Shown here: piece by piece, positions 25,986 to 40,320 of the stretch
Numbering within the stretch: the first letter of the stretch is position 1
Layout of the letters: each line of letters opens with the position of its first letter
NCBI RefSeq assembly: GCF_018350175.1
Contig: NC_058368.1
Location: 28,584,001-28,648,000 of the forward strand
Direction of reading: 5' to 3'
Source: Felis catus
Lineage: Eukaryota
Length of the DNA stretch: 64,000 nucleotides
The notes under the pieces: generated by a model
Seen by the model: only the letters and a program-made list of their open reading frames with translations
What the model was told of the DNA's origin: nothing
Database searches by the model: none
Program-made: the position numbers and the translations under genes

Positions 25986-28086
25986 AAAAATCTGAAATAA
26001 GGAAGGATCTACAATAACTGATATGAAAAGTGAGTAGAGACTATCATCAGCAATTTGTACACTCATTTTTAAACCTAGGTGAAAATTCCAAATATAAAAC
26101 TGCCATGATATAAAACAGATAATTATCCTATTTTTCAAGTCTCAAAAAATCTTTCATTTCCAGAAGTCTGAGATAGAGTCAATTACATTGTCTTCTCTTT
26201 GTAACCTAAGTTACATTGATTCTTCTCAGGTCTCCCAAAGTTTTGGGATGGTCCCCAGAAGGTACTTCTTGGGAGGTGTAGTCAGTCCAAGGTGTTGTCA
26301 CCTTTGCTTATTGTCAGGTTCTGCAGATGACATTGCCCTTGCCCTTCTGAGGTGCACATCTCCTCAAAGCTCACATGTTATAAGAAACTGGTGTGTTTGA
26401 GTGAGTGGCAGCTCTCTTCCACCCAAGTGAGGTGTGTTAAAGGGATCCTACAGTAGATTATTTGGGTGTAGAAGTGTTCCAGAGTTTGTTAAGGTCCCTC
26501 TTTTGGTTTACACACAGCTTTTTTTCCCCCTCAGGGCCCAAATTATCCGACTTGGTTGAGACTCACTCATGTTGTGGCCATTACTCTCTTTTGACTCTCA
26601 GAGTCTCTTCCTCGTGGCACCTGACTCCGTTTTTATGGTGGACTCTCTGCCACAGGGTCCATATTCTTCTAGTAATTTATCACCTCTCATCACAACCCCT
26701 ACCCTCATAACCCACCCACACATCAGTTCTCCATGTGTCAACATCTGTGTCTACAAGGTAGGTAGAAGCAAGATTTCATGTCTCCCCAGGAGTCTCTTGG
26801 CTTCTGGAAAAGTCTGTGATGCACGTAGAGGCAGGCAGGGATAGTAAGCACCACCTATCTCCACCTACCCAGTGAATTCAAACTTCAGTCATGACCTAGC
26901 TGGTGTACCTTGTGTATTAATGAGAGCCAAATCAGGAACACAGAAACCACTCTAGGTATTTCAACAGACAGGGCTTAGTACAATGATGAAACACATGTTA
27001 GAGTGTTTATAAACACCACATGCAAGGGACCCAATCTTAATTAAGTCACCAATGAACTCTTAAATGCCAATCTATCAGAAGTTGATAGCATTAACATACT
27101 TAATCTCTTTGCAATAGCTGATGGACATTTGCTACCTCCTGAAATTTCCCCTTGCTTTGGTTCTCTGATACTTCTCTGTTCCCTTACCTGTTCAACCACT
27201 CTCTCAGACTCTTCACATGGTCTTCTTCTTCCACCTACCTTATTATTTGAGAACTATGTGCTGAGCAAATTAAGTCAGCATTGATCATCAGAAAGATTCA
27301 TAATTTAATATAAACAACCTTTTTACAAATCTTTCACCAAAAAAATTTAGGCTATCAATGCTTAAGCACTTTGCCCCAGAGAGAGTGAGCGAGCAAGTGA
27401 GCAAGGGAGCAGTTTGTTTGTTTGTTTGTTCATTTATTTTACTTTGCTAAACAGGAAACCTGGGCATGAGGGAAGTCATGCATTTATATCTACCAAGTGA
27501 TTGAAAACAAAAGAGCCAGCAGCATTTATACCAGCCTGATCCCTGGTTCTGATCTCTCATTTGAGACAATGGGGACTCTTCAAATAATAAGCAAATAAAT
27601 ATTGCCAGGGAAGTGACACAATTCAATCAGGCACTTTTTCCCTGTCATTTCATTGTTTCTGTTTTAATTTACTTGTTTGTTCTGTGAGAAAGAAGTTAAG
27701 AAAAACCATATACATGCATATTTCTATCTTGCCCACCTTTTTTTCTCCTCCACCCTTAATACTATTTTTGGTTTTGAAAAGTAGTTTCATTTAAATAGGT
27801 TTAATTTAGTGAGGTTATGATATATAAACTTCTTCATCTGGATATGTTTAGTTTACTCAATAGTATATTTATTTAATAATTTAACATTGGATTATTTCAC
27901 TGTAAATACCCATCCTATTTTGTATTGGATAACATTAATTCCCAATTTGATTGACTCTCCATAAGTTACTTAAATGAATCATTTTAGTGCGAGAAGGATG
28001 GGTTTTTAATAGTCTTTTGGACTATGAAAAAAAATAATTAAAGAAATTAGGCGTGATGGCTCCATAATTTGAAAGTAGGCTTTCAA

Positions 28087-28310
28087 GGGGCACCTGGGTG
28101 GCTCAGTCGGTTAAGTGACTGACTCTTGATTTCTGCTCAGGTCATGATCTCAGGGTTCACGAGTTTGAGCCCCATGTGGGGTTCCACACTGACAGCATGG
28201 AGCCTGCTTGGGATTCTCTCTCTCCCTCTCTCTCTCTGCCCCTCTCCCACTCATGCTCTAAATCTCTCTCTCTCTCTCAAAATAAATAAATACACATTAA
28301 ATAAAAAAAA
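28087..28310 (+). mobile_element. Can-SINE
   Basis: Body plus TSD GAAA(G/A)TAGGC(T/C)TTCAAGG at 28071-28088 and 28311-28328. Confidence 0.95.
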
Positions 28311-29290
28311 GAAAATAGGCCTTCAAGGCTCCACATGATCTGTGCCTACCCCTACTCCTTACCTCTCTGGCCTCTTCTCCTTCTACTTTCTCCTCATTCA
28401 TGTTGCTCTTCATTGCTATACCTTAAAGCCCAGTCATGTCCCACCTGAGGACCTTCACAAGGGCTGTTCCCTCTGTTTGGAATGTTCTTTACTCAAAAGC
28501 CCTTATGACTCACAACGTTGTCTCTTACACACCTTTGCTCAAATGTCACTTCGAGGAAGCCTACTCTGACGGCCCTATTTAGAATTGCAACCTGTCCCTC
28601 CATCCCCAAGCATGTGGGGTCTCCCACACACCCTATTCTGCTTTGCTTTTGTCCTTAGCATTTGTTATCCTCACACATTCCCTGTAACATTTATGTTCAT
28701 GATAAGTTTGTGGGTTTCACGGTCACTGTGAAGGAATTTGGAGAGAAGCCGAAGGCTCACTCCCACTCTTGAGAAAGGTGAGAAGACATCACCACCTGTT
28801 TACTCTGCTCAGAAAGTGTAAGCCAAGGAGGAGAGAAGGTGCTTTAGGCTCGGAACTCCAAGGGGTGTATTTTCTGCATTTTCAGGGCAAGAATTTTGGC
28901 TATAACTTGCTCAGAATTGTGACACTGTAGAAGTCATGCAACCTTCCAGCAGAACAGCCTGCTACGTTACTACTAACACCTGTGGCTTTAGCAATAAGCC
29001 TTACACTGCTAACAGAAATTGTGAACCTTTGACAAGCAGGACCTTTCTGGGGAGCATCCATCTGTATCCATTCACAGGAGCTCCTGTCCTTTGGGAGGAA
29101 GGAGAGGCAAGTGCTATCATTAGGTTTGGTCTCCTCTCTTCTCCTCTCTAGACACACATAAAAGCAAATACTACTTCTGTCTACCTTCTGGAAGAAATTA
29201 TCATCTGAAATATTGGGGAAAAGGAGGAAGAGAAGACACTGACCTTGATTACTTTAGATACTCCAAAAATTATTAAGACTAGATTATATA

Positions 29291-29489
29291 GGGGTACTTG
29301 GGTGGCTCAGTCGGTTGAGCGTCCGACTTTGACTCAGCTCCTGATCTCCCAGTTCGTGGGTTAGAGTCTCGCATCGGGCTCCATGCTGGCAGCTCAGAGC
29401 CTGGAGCCTGCCTCGAATTCCGTGCTTCCCTCTCTCTCGGCTCACACTCTGTCTCTCTCTCTCTCAAAGATGCATAAACATTAAAAAAA
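29291..29489 (+). mobile_element. Can-SINE
   Basis: Typical head, CT tract and A tail. Confidence 0.93.
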
Positions 29490-29499
29490 CTATAATATA

Positions 29500-30420
29500 T
29501 AACCAAATTTAGTACTTCTTCCTGAAATATATAAGATATATGATATTCAATAAGTGAGACCAAAACATTTGGAAAAAGATAACATTATAGCCCCACCTAC
29601 ACCTTATACCTTACACCTGAATAAATGCCAATAAAGTCTAAAATGGAGAAACAAAAAAGGAATATAGTGACATATAAATTAATATTCATTTATTATGAGA
29701 ATGGAATATGCTGTTCCTTGATGTCATGAAAGGTAGAAATGTACAGATTTGATAGATTTCATAGATTTTACTCTAACAAAACATAAACTTTTTATAGAAA
29801 AAAAGAGACATAAACAGAGTTAAAAATAAAGCAAATAAAGAAAACTATTCAAAGGCATAATTTCCTTCACATATAAAGACCTTGTACAAATCAATAAGAA
29901 AAAAGAATGTTTAATAGAAGAAAATAGTTTCAGGAAATTAATGAGCAATTTACACAAAAAAAGAATCCCAAAAGAAACCAAGAACAATCTCTAGTTCAAC
30001 AAATGCCTAGTGCTGGTAAATGTTGTAGGGAATTAACATTCTTAAATGCTTTTGGTGGGAATGTAAATTGGCACACATTTTTAGAGACAGTGTGGCAACA
30101 AGAACCAAACTGTAAAATTGATATGCTCTGTGATATAGCAATTTTATTTCTAGTAAAGTATACTATGGGTATCTCATATAAATAACCAGATATGTATTTA
30201 TAAGTATGCTCATTGTTGCTTCGTTTGAAAAGCTAAAACTTGGAATTACTTAAATATCCATCAACAGTGGACTAGTTAATAAACAATAGCATATATTGAG
30301 GCAATGACATATACGCAAATGTGAAAAGGTATGAGGTAAACATACATGTACTGATTTGGAAACAGATACCTGGTATTTCATTGAGTGGAAAAAGCAAATT
30401 ATAGAACAGTGAGAATGGAG
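29500..30420 (+). mobile_element. Old L1 (L1ME-like) ORF2 end / 3'UTR remnant
   Basis: A-rich; GGTGGGAATGTAAATTGGCAC and AAATATCCATCAACAGTGGACTAG match the degenerate L1 3' region. Confidence 0.7.
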
Positions 30421-32019
30421 GGATTGTACTTGTGGGCAAAATAGGGCTATCTATAGGTGTGGTGGGATAATCCTTCAAAATATTTACGATGCACCCTGCC
30501 CCCTGTCATCACCACCAGGCTGTGCCCCTCCACCCACCACAGGCAGCACTGGGGCAGCCCAGGCCTCAGGGGAGCAAGGCCACGTGGAACAGAGAACAAA
30601 AGAATCAATTCTTGGCTTTTTAGTTTCAAAATAGACCTTCTGGAACTCTTGGCAGAGACAATAGGTTCAACAATAGTTTTGAAAAAATGAATGTTGATTT
30701 AAGAGCCAATTTTCCTGCTTTAAACTGGATAAAATACTCCAAGAGAGAAAGGAGAAGCAGAGAGGAGAGCTGGCCCGAACCTACAGTGATGAGGGTCAGT
30801 CAGCACACTGCCCACCTTGGCGTGAGCCCCGCAGCGTGGGGGGCAACGAGAAGGAAGAGCGGTGCCCAGTCTCCTGTCTAGGGCTCCTATAGAATGCTCT
30901 TCGGTGTCAGGACACAGAACAGGGGAGAGGCAGGTATAAGGTCTGCCAGGCAGATGGGCCTGGGACAGCTTCACTCACTGGCTGGGACCAGGGAGCAGCC
31001 TCTGGTTTCCTGCAAGGAATCAACAGCCAGTTGAGACCTCTGGCTGTCAAGAGACAGCCCCATCAGCAGCTGCCGCTTCAGCTACCTGGCGTGTACCAGA
31101 GGCCAAGATGGAGGACTTACAGGCGGCAGCAGCCGGGCACGGTGGTGGGTAACATGGTAAATGCCTGCGTGTTCAGAGCTGGCTGATGGCTGGCCATCTC
31201 CTCTGCAAAACTTCTGTTCCGTCCCCCTGTGATCTAGAGCAACAATCCAAGGCAGGCAAGCAGAGAGGAAGCTCCTTACTTGATTAAGAAAACCTTGAAA
31301 TGCCTGCATTTCCCTTGCGTTGACAAATATTTTCTGCCACTTGATGGAACTGGTACTCAAAGATTACGATGTTATTTGTTTGTTTGTTGTTGTTTAAGAT
31401 GTTATTTTTTTAAGTTATATTTTTGCACCCCTACATGTGGTATCCTGAAAATAATCACGCCTGATGTATAGACATATGCTTGTCTATAAATAGAGAAATT
31501 CAGAAAGGTATTCCAAAATTTAACAGGGGACACCTTTGGGGGGTAGATGTGAAGGGATGGAGATATAAGGGATTTTTCACTTCTGTACTATTTGAGTTTT
31601 TGAGCATGTACTAATTTTATAATAAATCTTAACGACCCCATCTAGAAAGCACTCAGAGTGCGTGAGGTCAAGCAGACAGTTGAAGACATACTTGCAGCAG
31701 AGTGTGATCCATGCTCCCTTCCAATGCCCACAGAAGCACACATGAGACAGAACAAATGTTCCCTAGAGGTAACTATGCTAACTATGCCAGGTTCGGATGA
31801 ATCTTTGAGGACCCCAAGACGTGTAGTAGGTGCAGCCTCCATTAGGACTATTTCAGATGTTCCCCGAGGACCAATCTGTGAGAAGAGGGTGAACTAAGAA
31901 TTAAATTTTTGACCTAAATCCAGGAAGAAAAGAAAAGGATATTTGAGCAGTCCAGATATACCAATTCATTCATTCCCTTACATTGATCCATGCAAAAGCC
32001 TGCAAATCTAACCCTTTTT

Positions 32020-32305
32020 GAAGAATATTTTTGGAGTTAGTTTTAGGTTCATAGAACATTTGAAGGGAAGGTAGAGAGGTTTCCCATCTACCCACTGCCC
32101 CCACACATGCACAGCCCCCCCATTATCAACATCCCCCACGGGTGGCACATTGGTTACAACTTAGGAATCTACACTGACACATCATGATCGCCAAAGTCCC
32201 TAGTTTGCCTGGGATTTACTGTTGCTGTTGTACCTCCTAAGGGTTTAGACAACTGCATAATAACATGCATCTATTCATTATAGTATCATACAGAGTATTT
32301 TCATC
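32020..32305 (-). mobile_element. L1 3'UTR fragment (L1MC-like)
   Basis: AGTTTTAGGTTCATAGAACATTTGA...CCCCCATTATCAACATCCCCCAC. Confidence 0.7.
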
Positions 32306-33530
32306 AAATGTAACTTTAAAAAAATATCTAATTAGAACCAGTTTTGCAAGTAAGTGACCCCCAAACTGTATCCTTGAAACATTTTTCATCATGTGAATTC
32401 CCCAGGGTCGTACATGTGAGACAGTAAAGAACATGTGTCCTTAACTACTGCTTTTACACAGTTTAAATCACGCTGAGTGGAGGTACCATTTGTAGAACTT
32501 TAAACGATGGCAGGAAAGATAATGTTTTTATTACTATTGTTATTATCATCAATATTCTTCTTCTTACTGGTGGAACTGGGGAAGGTGAAAAAATGAAAAG
32601 TATCATCTCAGCAAATTTCAGAGAGATGCACGGGAGAAATTAATTCCAAGTTGAGGGAATAACAAAAGCCACAATGTGGGAGCCTGAGGCATTTGAGGAG
32701 AGCAGGAAGCCACACTGGTCAGAAAGCTTACAGGGAGCCAGGCGTGAGCGCGACATTTCAAGGACTCAGGTTTTACCCTGACTGAGACAGGAAGCCAAGG
32801 AGAGAGATGGCTGTGCAAATACAATTTAAAATCATCACTGGGCTGCTATGATCCGAGAGGACCATCGGTGGCAGGGGATAGTGGCACACACACATTCTGG
32901 GTAAGACAAAGCATTTGCCTTTCCCCTCTGGTGCTCCTAAACTGCCTCCAGGTGTCTTATTTCTCTTTTTAAGGCAGGCTTCATTATTCACCATGATTTA
33001 ACCTCATCAAATAAAAATGGTCAAGGTGGGTGATTAGCCCACAGAATCTTTTACCCCGGGATGTTCATAAAATAACCTCTCTCAGTTATGACTGAAAGCT
33101 ATAGACAGGGAGACCAGAAAGATGGTAGTCAAGGCAGCAGAGAATGAGGAAATTAGGAAGGGACCAGACAGCCTTAAGGGATGAGGCAAAGACTGAGGAG
33201 TCTCAGTTCACCAACTAAGTCTGTGTGGATAGCTAGAGGAGTTCAGAGGCACTGGCTGACAATTCAAAAACTTAACGCCATTTTTAATCAATGTATTATA
33301 ACGGCATTTGGAAAGCACTGGGCTTCTGTGGAGATTTGGGGATGGCCCTTTGTGCATCCTGACGTTGCTTCAGCAGTAGAATCATAGCAAGAAATCATAG
33401 TTACTCAGAACAGGAGGAAACACTTTCCTCAAGGGCTGCCCTAAATAGAATAGGTAGTGAGGAGTGAGTGTTATGTTCCCTGACACCGAAGAGCTTCAGG
33501 CCAAAGCTGCAAAGATCACTCGGAATCCAT

Positions 33531-33945
33531 GTGTGATAGTCTGCTCTGGCCGCCATAACAGAATACCACAGACTGGGCGGCTTAAACAATAGAAATGCAT
33601 TTTCTCCCAGTTCTGGAGTCTGGAGTCCCTGATCAAGTATTGGCAGGTTTGGTTTCCTCTGAGGCCTCTTGGCTTTGCTGGCAGATGGCTGCCTTCCTGC
33701 TGTACCCTTGCATGGTCTTTCCTCTGCATGTGCACATCCCTCATGTCTTGGTGTGTGTCCAAATTTCCTCTTATAAGGGCACCAGTCAGATTGGATTAGG
33801 GCCCACTCGTACGACCTCATGCAACCTTAATCACCCCTTTAAAGACCCTTCTCTAAATACAGTCACGTTCTGAAGTATTGGAAGATACAGCTTTGACATA
33901 TGAGTTGCCAGGGCAGGGGGTGTCACACAATTTAGCCCAGAACAC
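33531..33945 (-). mobile_element. MaLR solo LTR (MLT1A-C type)
   Basis: GCCATAACAGAATACCACAGACTGGGCGGCTTAAACAATAGAAAT...CAGATTGGATTAGGGCCCAC...CAGTCACGTTCTGAAGTA; about 410 bp. Confidence 0.88.
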
Positions 33946-34060
33946 AATGATTCCGTATGTTTTCAAGAACCACAAAGACACATACTAAAAATGGATTTGT
34001 ACTCCAAGGGATACATGTAGAAGAATAGAGATGAAATTTAAATGTGCTAAAACACATTGA

Positions 34061-34087
34061 AAAGCAAAGCAAAGCAAAGCAAAGCAA

Positions 34088-34124
<37 letters not shown>
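34061..34124. repeat. (AAAGC)6 followed by A34
   Basis: Direct reading. Confidence 0.97.
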
Positions 34125-34127
<3 letters not shown>

Positions 34128-35320
34128 TAGTAGTAAGTTAAAGAGAAGCATTTCCCCAAAGAGTTAAATCACTGTCAAATCATTTCAAGCCAGTGGTAAG
34201 CTGGGTTAATTGTCAAATACTTCAGCAAGATCTAGTGGGGGAGTTAACTGCAGTTATTATCTTAAAAAGAACACATTTCTTTGAAATGCTATTATGTTTT
34301 AGAAGCACATAAAAGGTTTCCAAGGAGAGTCCCTTTTGTGTAATGATGCAAATTGAGCTGAGTGGTATGCATCATTTCTGGGGTGACATCTGTGGGTAAA
34401 GTCAGAGAAATCCAAAGGCTGCACACGATGTTAAGGTAAATCTTCTTGAACTGGAAGAATTGAGACCACTTCTGAAGATGGGACACACAAAGCTTTGTAA
34501 AATAGAAATAATAAGAGGGAAAATAGCAGGTTTTAGAACCTTGCAGGTTTCCTGCTGTTTATAGATCACAGATCCAAATATAGATGTATTTTAAGTTTTT
34601 AAAACATTCATTTTGTGTGAAAATCCTTCTCTGCAGATAGTCTGCTTCAGTGAAATAGGCCAGGAAAGAAATATATCTGTTAACCTCACAGATCTCTTTA
34701 AAAGGAAAAGGCTTGTGCCAAGGAGCCCTGGCTCTCTCGACTTTCTGAATATAAACGAAAGAACTAGAGAAAGAAGGGCAGAATGAAAAACATGAAAATA
34801 GAAGAAAGGAAAACGAAGTCACAAATTATTGAAAATTAAAAGGAAAAAAAGATCAAACAAGAAATAGAAGCATGTGCTGTGACTAGTTCTTACTTTTCCT
34901 AAATTACCATTTTATTTCCTGGCACTACTCCCCTTCAGAGACCAAGAACTTCTAGCCCACTTTTTTATGCTCTATTACCATTATTTCTCCTGAGATTTGG
35001 TATTTGGGTAGTAGGAAACAAGTGAGCATTTGCAAGTGCCTTGGCAGTGAGTTTTTTGGTTTTTTTTTTTTAAATGTGAACCCATTAAACATCTGCCTTT
35101 ATTACATTTGTAGATGCACCCTGAGTCTAATAAAGCTCTCGGTGCATCCAGGCCACACATCCAGTATCTCGGAAGTGTTTAAGTGCCAGTGTGAAAACTT
35201 CATAAATAATTATACGCTAGGTTATCACATTATTCACTAATGAAGCTTGCTCTCTTTAAAGCAAGCTTTAAGCGGTTGTGAAGAAATCATCTGTGAAATT
35301 CCGGTAAAAGATTCATCGGG

Positions 35321-35321
<1 letters not shown>

Positions 35322-35352
<31 letters not shown>
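35322..35352. repeat. T31 homopolymer
   Basis: Direct reading. A further A24 run lies at 15194-15217. Confidence 0.97.
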
Positions 35353-35356
<4 letters not shown>

Positions 35357-36026
35357 CCCTCTAAACCCAGCCTACTTTGGCTCTGGTCTTCCATACTCCA
35401 TCTTGCTTACAAACATCCTGAGGAGGTTGAAAAGCGTTCAGTGGTGTCGCCTCTGTTGATTCCATCTTTACCGCTGTCTCACAGGTACTTTATTCGAATT
35501 GCATCCCCCAAAGAACCATTGTTCTGTTTTGTTCACAGCAAGTCTGAGACAGTGTATCACATTTCCAAGGAGGGGCTTAGCCTCATAATCACCTTAACAT
35601 GAATGAAAAACAAAACAAAACAAACAAAAAGCCCACCCTGTGTCTGTGTCTTACTTTGTGGGTGAATTTTCAACAATATTCTATATTGGCAATGTGCTAT
35701 TCAAATTTTGTACTTTCATAAAATGAAATGTGTAGCAGTAGGACTAATCAGCACCAAGAAGAGCGATGTTAGCCAAAGGGTCTGTCTTCCTCCCTTCCTT
35801 CCATATTTCTTTTTCCTCTTTCTCTCTCTCTCTCCCCTCTCTCCTCTGCCTCCCCCCACCCCGCCCCGACTCCATCTGCTTTTACATATTTTACATAATG
35901 TCTATTTTAATCCAGGCTCTATATAAGGGCACTGGGCATTAACGATGCAAAGATGATTAAGGTAAAGCAGCAATGGTAATATAATGAATGTGATGGCAGA
36001 GGGATAGACTGGATACTCTTAGAGCA

Positions 36027-36500
36027 TGTCTTAGTTTGGGTACCCCCACCCTACTAAATCAGAGCCTACGAAAAATATTTGGGACAGGTAGTTTATTTGG
36101 TGTCATGCCAGGAAGCAGGGTTGAGGAAGTGTGGAAAGTGAGCAAGAAGGAGAAAAGCTAATACAGGACAGCGGTGAGCAACGATGACCTGGGGTCCAAT
36201 CCCACTGGAGACCCTCAGAATTGTGTAGAAAGGACCTGAGATCACCGCTTGGAGGATCTACTGATTCCTGTCCCCATTAATTGGGAGCTGGCTCTGCAGG
36301 TATTAGCTTCTGCCACACTTCCACGTTGCTCCTGCAACCAGGCTGAGCAGTTAACTTCCTGTGGATTTAGAGAAAGCTGCAAAGCAGTTAAGTGCAGAGA
36401 CACTTCAGGGAGGATTTGAAGTGAGGAGTGGGCACAGCACGTACAGCTGTCCCCAGGGAGGCTAAGTGGATGCGGCACAGTGCACCCGCGTACCTGCCAC
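36027..36500 (-). mobile_element. ERVL LTR (LTR16-like)
   Basis: TGTCTTAGTTTGGGTACCCC...CAGAGCCT...GGTAGTTTATTTGG...CCAGGAAGCA; family from memory. Confidence 0.6.
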
Positions 36501-36539
36501 AGAGAGCATCAAGGGGCTCCTAATTTGATCGTGGGGGAG

Positions 36540-37400
36540 GTATAGGAGGTTTCGTGGAAACAAGGTCTCAGCTAAATCTCAAAGAAAGAGTAGGAGTGCG
36601 CAAAAGAGAAAAGGGCATCCCAATCTACAGAGGAGCTTGAACAAAAGAGGGAGATAGCACACTTGTTGAAGTGCAGGTGTTTTGGTTGGCTGGGATAATG
36701 TGAGACAAAAGGAAGAGATAAATCCAATGAGCTTTAGGAAGTAGACTGATAAGACTTGTTAAGGACAAATAGTGTTTTAATAGGCGTAAAAGGGAGGAAG
36801 AAGTTTCTGGTTAGGGTGACAGAGCAGGTGATACAGACGGAGGGATAAAGAACCCACTTGTAGGGTGAGGAATACGATAAATTTGCTTTGCACAGGAGAT
36901 GTCTAAGGTGCCTGTAGAACATACAGGTGGATATCTGGATCTTTAAAAATATGAATCCATTAGATACTTGCCTTTATTGCATTTATGAAAGCACTCTTGA
37001 GTCTATTTAAACTCTGGGTACATCTGGCCATACATTAACTATCTCTGAGCTCAGGGGAGCAATTAGGGCTAGAAATGCAATTTATGTAAACCTACCATCA
37101 GGGATTACCCAAGAATGTAGATGTAAGTGAGATTGTGAAGGGATAGTATGTGAAATAATGAGAGAAGAGGGTCATAGGCAGAGCCTTGATGTTGAAATGG
37201 CAGGCAGAGGAAGAAAATTTTTGATGGGTATTGAGAGCCTATGATTAGAGGTATAACATGAAAACCATGAGAAAGTGGTAAAATGGAAGTCAACAGAAAA
37301 GAGACAGTTAAAGAGAGAGAGGTCAACAATGTCAGACATCCCAGGAAGGTCAAGGAAGATAAAGGTGAAAAGTAGCCTTTGGGTTAGTGACCGGGAAGTT
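36540..37400 (-). mobile_element. L2 remnant (antisense)
   Basis: Purine-rich tract with antisense L2 motifs (GGTGCCTGTAGAACATACAGGTGGATATC). Confidence 0.5.
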
Positions 37401-39184
37401 GGTGGTGGTCACAGCACGGTGAGAAAACTGCTATTCCTATTTTGTACCAGGCCCAGGGGTAAGTTCTCTGTGTCCATTCTTTCATTTAATCTTCAAATCC
37501 ACCCTCTCAGTTGTTACCACTATTTTTGGCTGGGTTTGACAGATGAGCTGGGGCGGGGGGCGGGGGCGCACAGAAAGATGATGTCATAAGCCAAGGAAAT
37601 GGTAGAGCCAAGATTGACATCTAGGCCATCTGATTCCCAAGCCCAACATTATATTGTCACACCCCATAGATGGCATGACATGGAGAAAGGGCACCTTTCC
37701 CATTGAGACAGAAGGAAAGAAGGTAAGAGATGGGTAGAAGCAGATGTTTGTTGTGTGGAAGTGGAGAGAGCTTTTGTAATTCACATCAGCCTCTGTTCTT
37801 TTTATTAAGATGCCCTGAGGCAAAGAAGAGCAACATGAAGATATGGTGGGGAGACAGGACAGAGACAAAACTTTGGGATAACTGGTTGAGGTAGGAGCAA
37901 ACATGTCTAAATCTGGGACCTCAAAGCCCTTCAGCTTTTGAGAAGTATCTCATCTCTCTTGCCATCTTTCCAGCTGCAATTGGGTCAGCCATGTTATGTT
38001 TTTAGCCCACATAACATAAATGCTTTAGTAGTCATAGGTCATCCATTTAGGCCGATGGGTGAAGCTATTCAGGATTTGGCATCAGGTTCAGTGTGGTGAT
38101 TCTGATAGGGTAAGCTGTTGCCCTCACACACTGGGCGATGCATGTTTTAGATGATGGAGCAGTCGTGTCATGTATGAATTCCATGCACACTTGTAAGCAC
38201 TGTCCCTGATAGCCAGTCTTGCCCAGAAATTCGGTGACCCTTGATGGACTCTACAGGGCTTGTGCCCACAGTGGCTCCAGTGGGATGGAGATGCCATGTT
38301 ACAATTGACTTAACCTTCTGAAACCATCTCTCTTTGAGCAGAAAGACTGTGAAATATAAAAGCCTGAGGGATGTTGGTGGCTGTGGGGTTTCAGGAGAAT
38401 CGATATATAAAACATATCCACCTAAGCTCAGAACCAATTGGGAAATAGATGCAGGACTCAGATAATCAGAGATCAAGATATCATATTTATCACTGATCAA
38501 AGCCAGCCTGGAGATCAAAGCAGAGTGTGTAACACACAGTCCTGCTCATGCTCCACCCCTAAATGAAAGAGAATTACCCACCCAGTCACAGGCACAGCTG
38601 CATGCGAGCTGGCTCCCTCCATGTGTCTAATCCTTTAAAACTTATTGCTGGAAGGAGTGGAAAATGTGTGCTCCCTGTGGGCTGACTGATCTCAAAAGGA
38701 AAGGAGGAAGGACATAGCTGAGCCACATTTATCCAATCCCTTTCCCCAAACTCACAAATCACATAAATCACACATTTTTTGGGGGGGACTTGAGGAGTCA
38801 GGCTGCAGAGAAACGGAAGGAGTGTTAGTTACAGCAATGCCACCCCATGGAAACAGGAAAAGGGGCGAGAGTCTCTCCACCTCCAACCTGGGCACTCTCT
38901 TTCCAGGTGAACCAGAGAAGCAGATGAAACTGAGAGAGACAGAGGCAGAAACAAAGCAGATGAGATGTGGGGAGAGCCCTGATAGCATTTGACTCTCTGG
39001 TTTCAGTAGTTCCTCCTACTTACGGATTTTTCCATTTTGCTGTATTTCACGAAAATCATAACAAAGTGCTCAAACTCAGGTTTTGGCTTTGCTCATTTGG
39101 CTGTAATATTATCTTCCATGCATTTTCCCCCCCAGCAGTCACTGAATTGGATCATCATCAGAACCACAGTATTGTATACTGGAG

Positions 39185-39660
39185 GCTGTCTTCGTCTGAG
39201 CTCCCCATAAAGCAAAGCCTCAAGCAAATACTTAAGTTCAAGTACTTTACAGAGGAGTGTGATTTAGAGAGCAGGAGTGAAGGACAGGGGAGCAAAGCAG
39301 GGAAGTGGGGAGAGCCAACACAAAGATGGATTCCTGTCTGCTCACTCACTCCCTTACTGGTGATTTGCCTTGTGAAACTCAGGGCTACACAGCCAGGGCA
39401 AAAAGCAGGAAAATCATTTATTGATAGGCTCCAGTCCATCAAAAGTTTGTCTCTGCCCTTCCAGTTTGTTGCATGCTGTGGGTTCCCACTGTGTCTCTGC
39501 CTCAGCATCAACAGCAACCCCTAGAAGGGGAAGCCTGTGCCTGTCTGGTTGTGTTTGTAGGAAAATGGAGCATGCCCAGAACTGGTTGCCACAGTAGGGG
39601 TTGGAATAAGAGATAGGTGGGGCCGAGAGAACTCAAGTTGTGCCCAAGAAGTATCAGATA
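39185..39660 (-). mobile_element. ERVL LTR (LTR16-like)
   Basis: Start resembles the 36027 element (TGTCTTCGTCTGAGCTCCCC...AAGCAAAGCCT...AAGTACTTTA). Confidence 0.5.
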
Positions 39661-40320
39661 CAAAGACCTTCTATCTTCATGATGAAATAGACTCAACTGA
39701 CTAGCATAAAAAAGTAACATACTTGTCTCTTAAAGATATGCTATACATCTCTATTTGGAAATCTAAAAAATCCAACACAGTCTTCATGCAGTTGTAAACA
39801 GACTCTTCTTTTCTGATAGGTTAAAATAAAACCATTCATAGACTATCATTGTAAATTATCTTATATTTAATAATATGTCAGGCTCTTCCCCCATTCTCCT
39901 CACCCCCACTGCCCCAACTAGTCAAGCAAAAGTTAGGTCTTTTTTGTCATCATGCAACATTTACCAAACAAGAAGAGTGTATTTAAAAACCAACGAACCA
40001 ACCAATCAAAGGATTGACATTAAGATCCTTTCCCTGACACAATCTACTAATTCCATTAAATGTACAATAAGAATACCAGTACATTGCCATTTTAAGACCA
40101 CCCCTCAGCCTAATGGGAGTCCAAAACAAGCACATGAAAGGGCTATCACGGTTGGAGCATGGAATTTTTAGGATTTATCCTTGACAGATCCTCTAGCAGG
40201 CCCGGTACCACAGCAACTATGGACTCTTGGTTAAATTGCTTTTTGTTTTGTTCCATTAAGTGTTCCTAAAGTTGTCCACCATTGGGTAAATTCACCTTCC
40301 CTGTTTGGCTGTGCAACAAT

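Noticed and set aside
33768..33779. CArG-like TCTTATAAGG
   Set aside because: Non-consensus and a routine part of MLT1 LTR sequence.
38967..39524. 185-aa ORF
   Set aside because: Non-ATG start, overlaps an LTR-like remnant and shows no recognisable domain.
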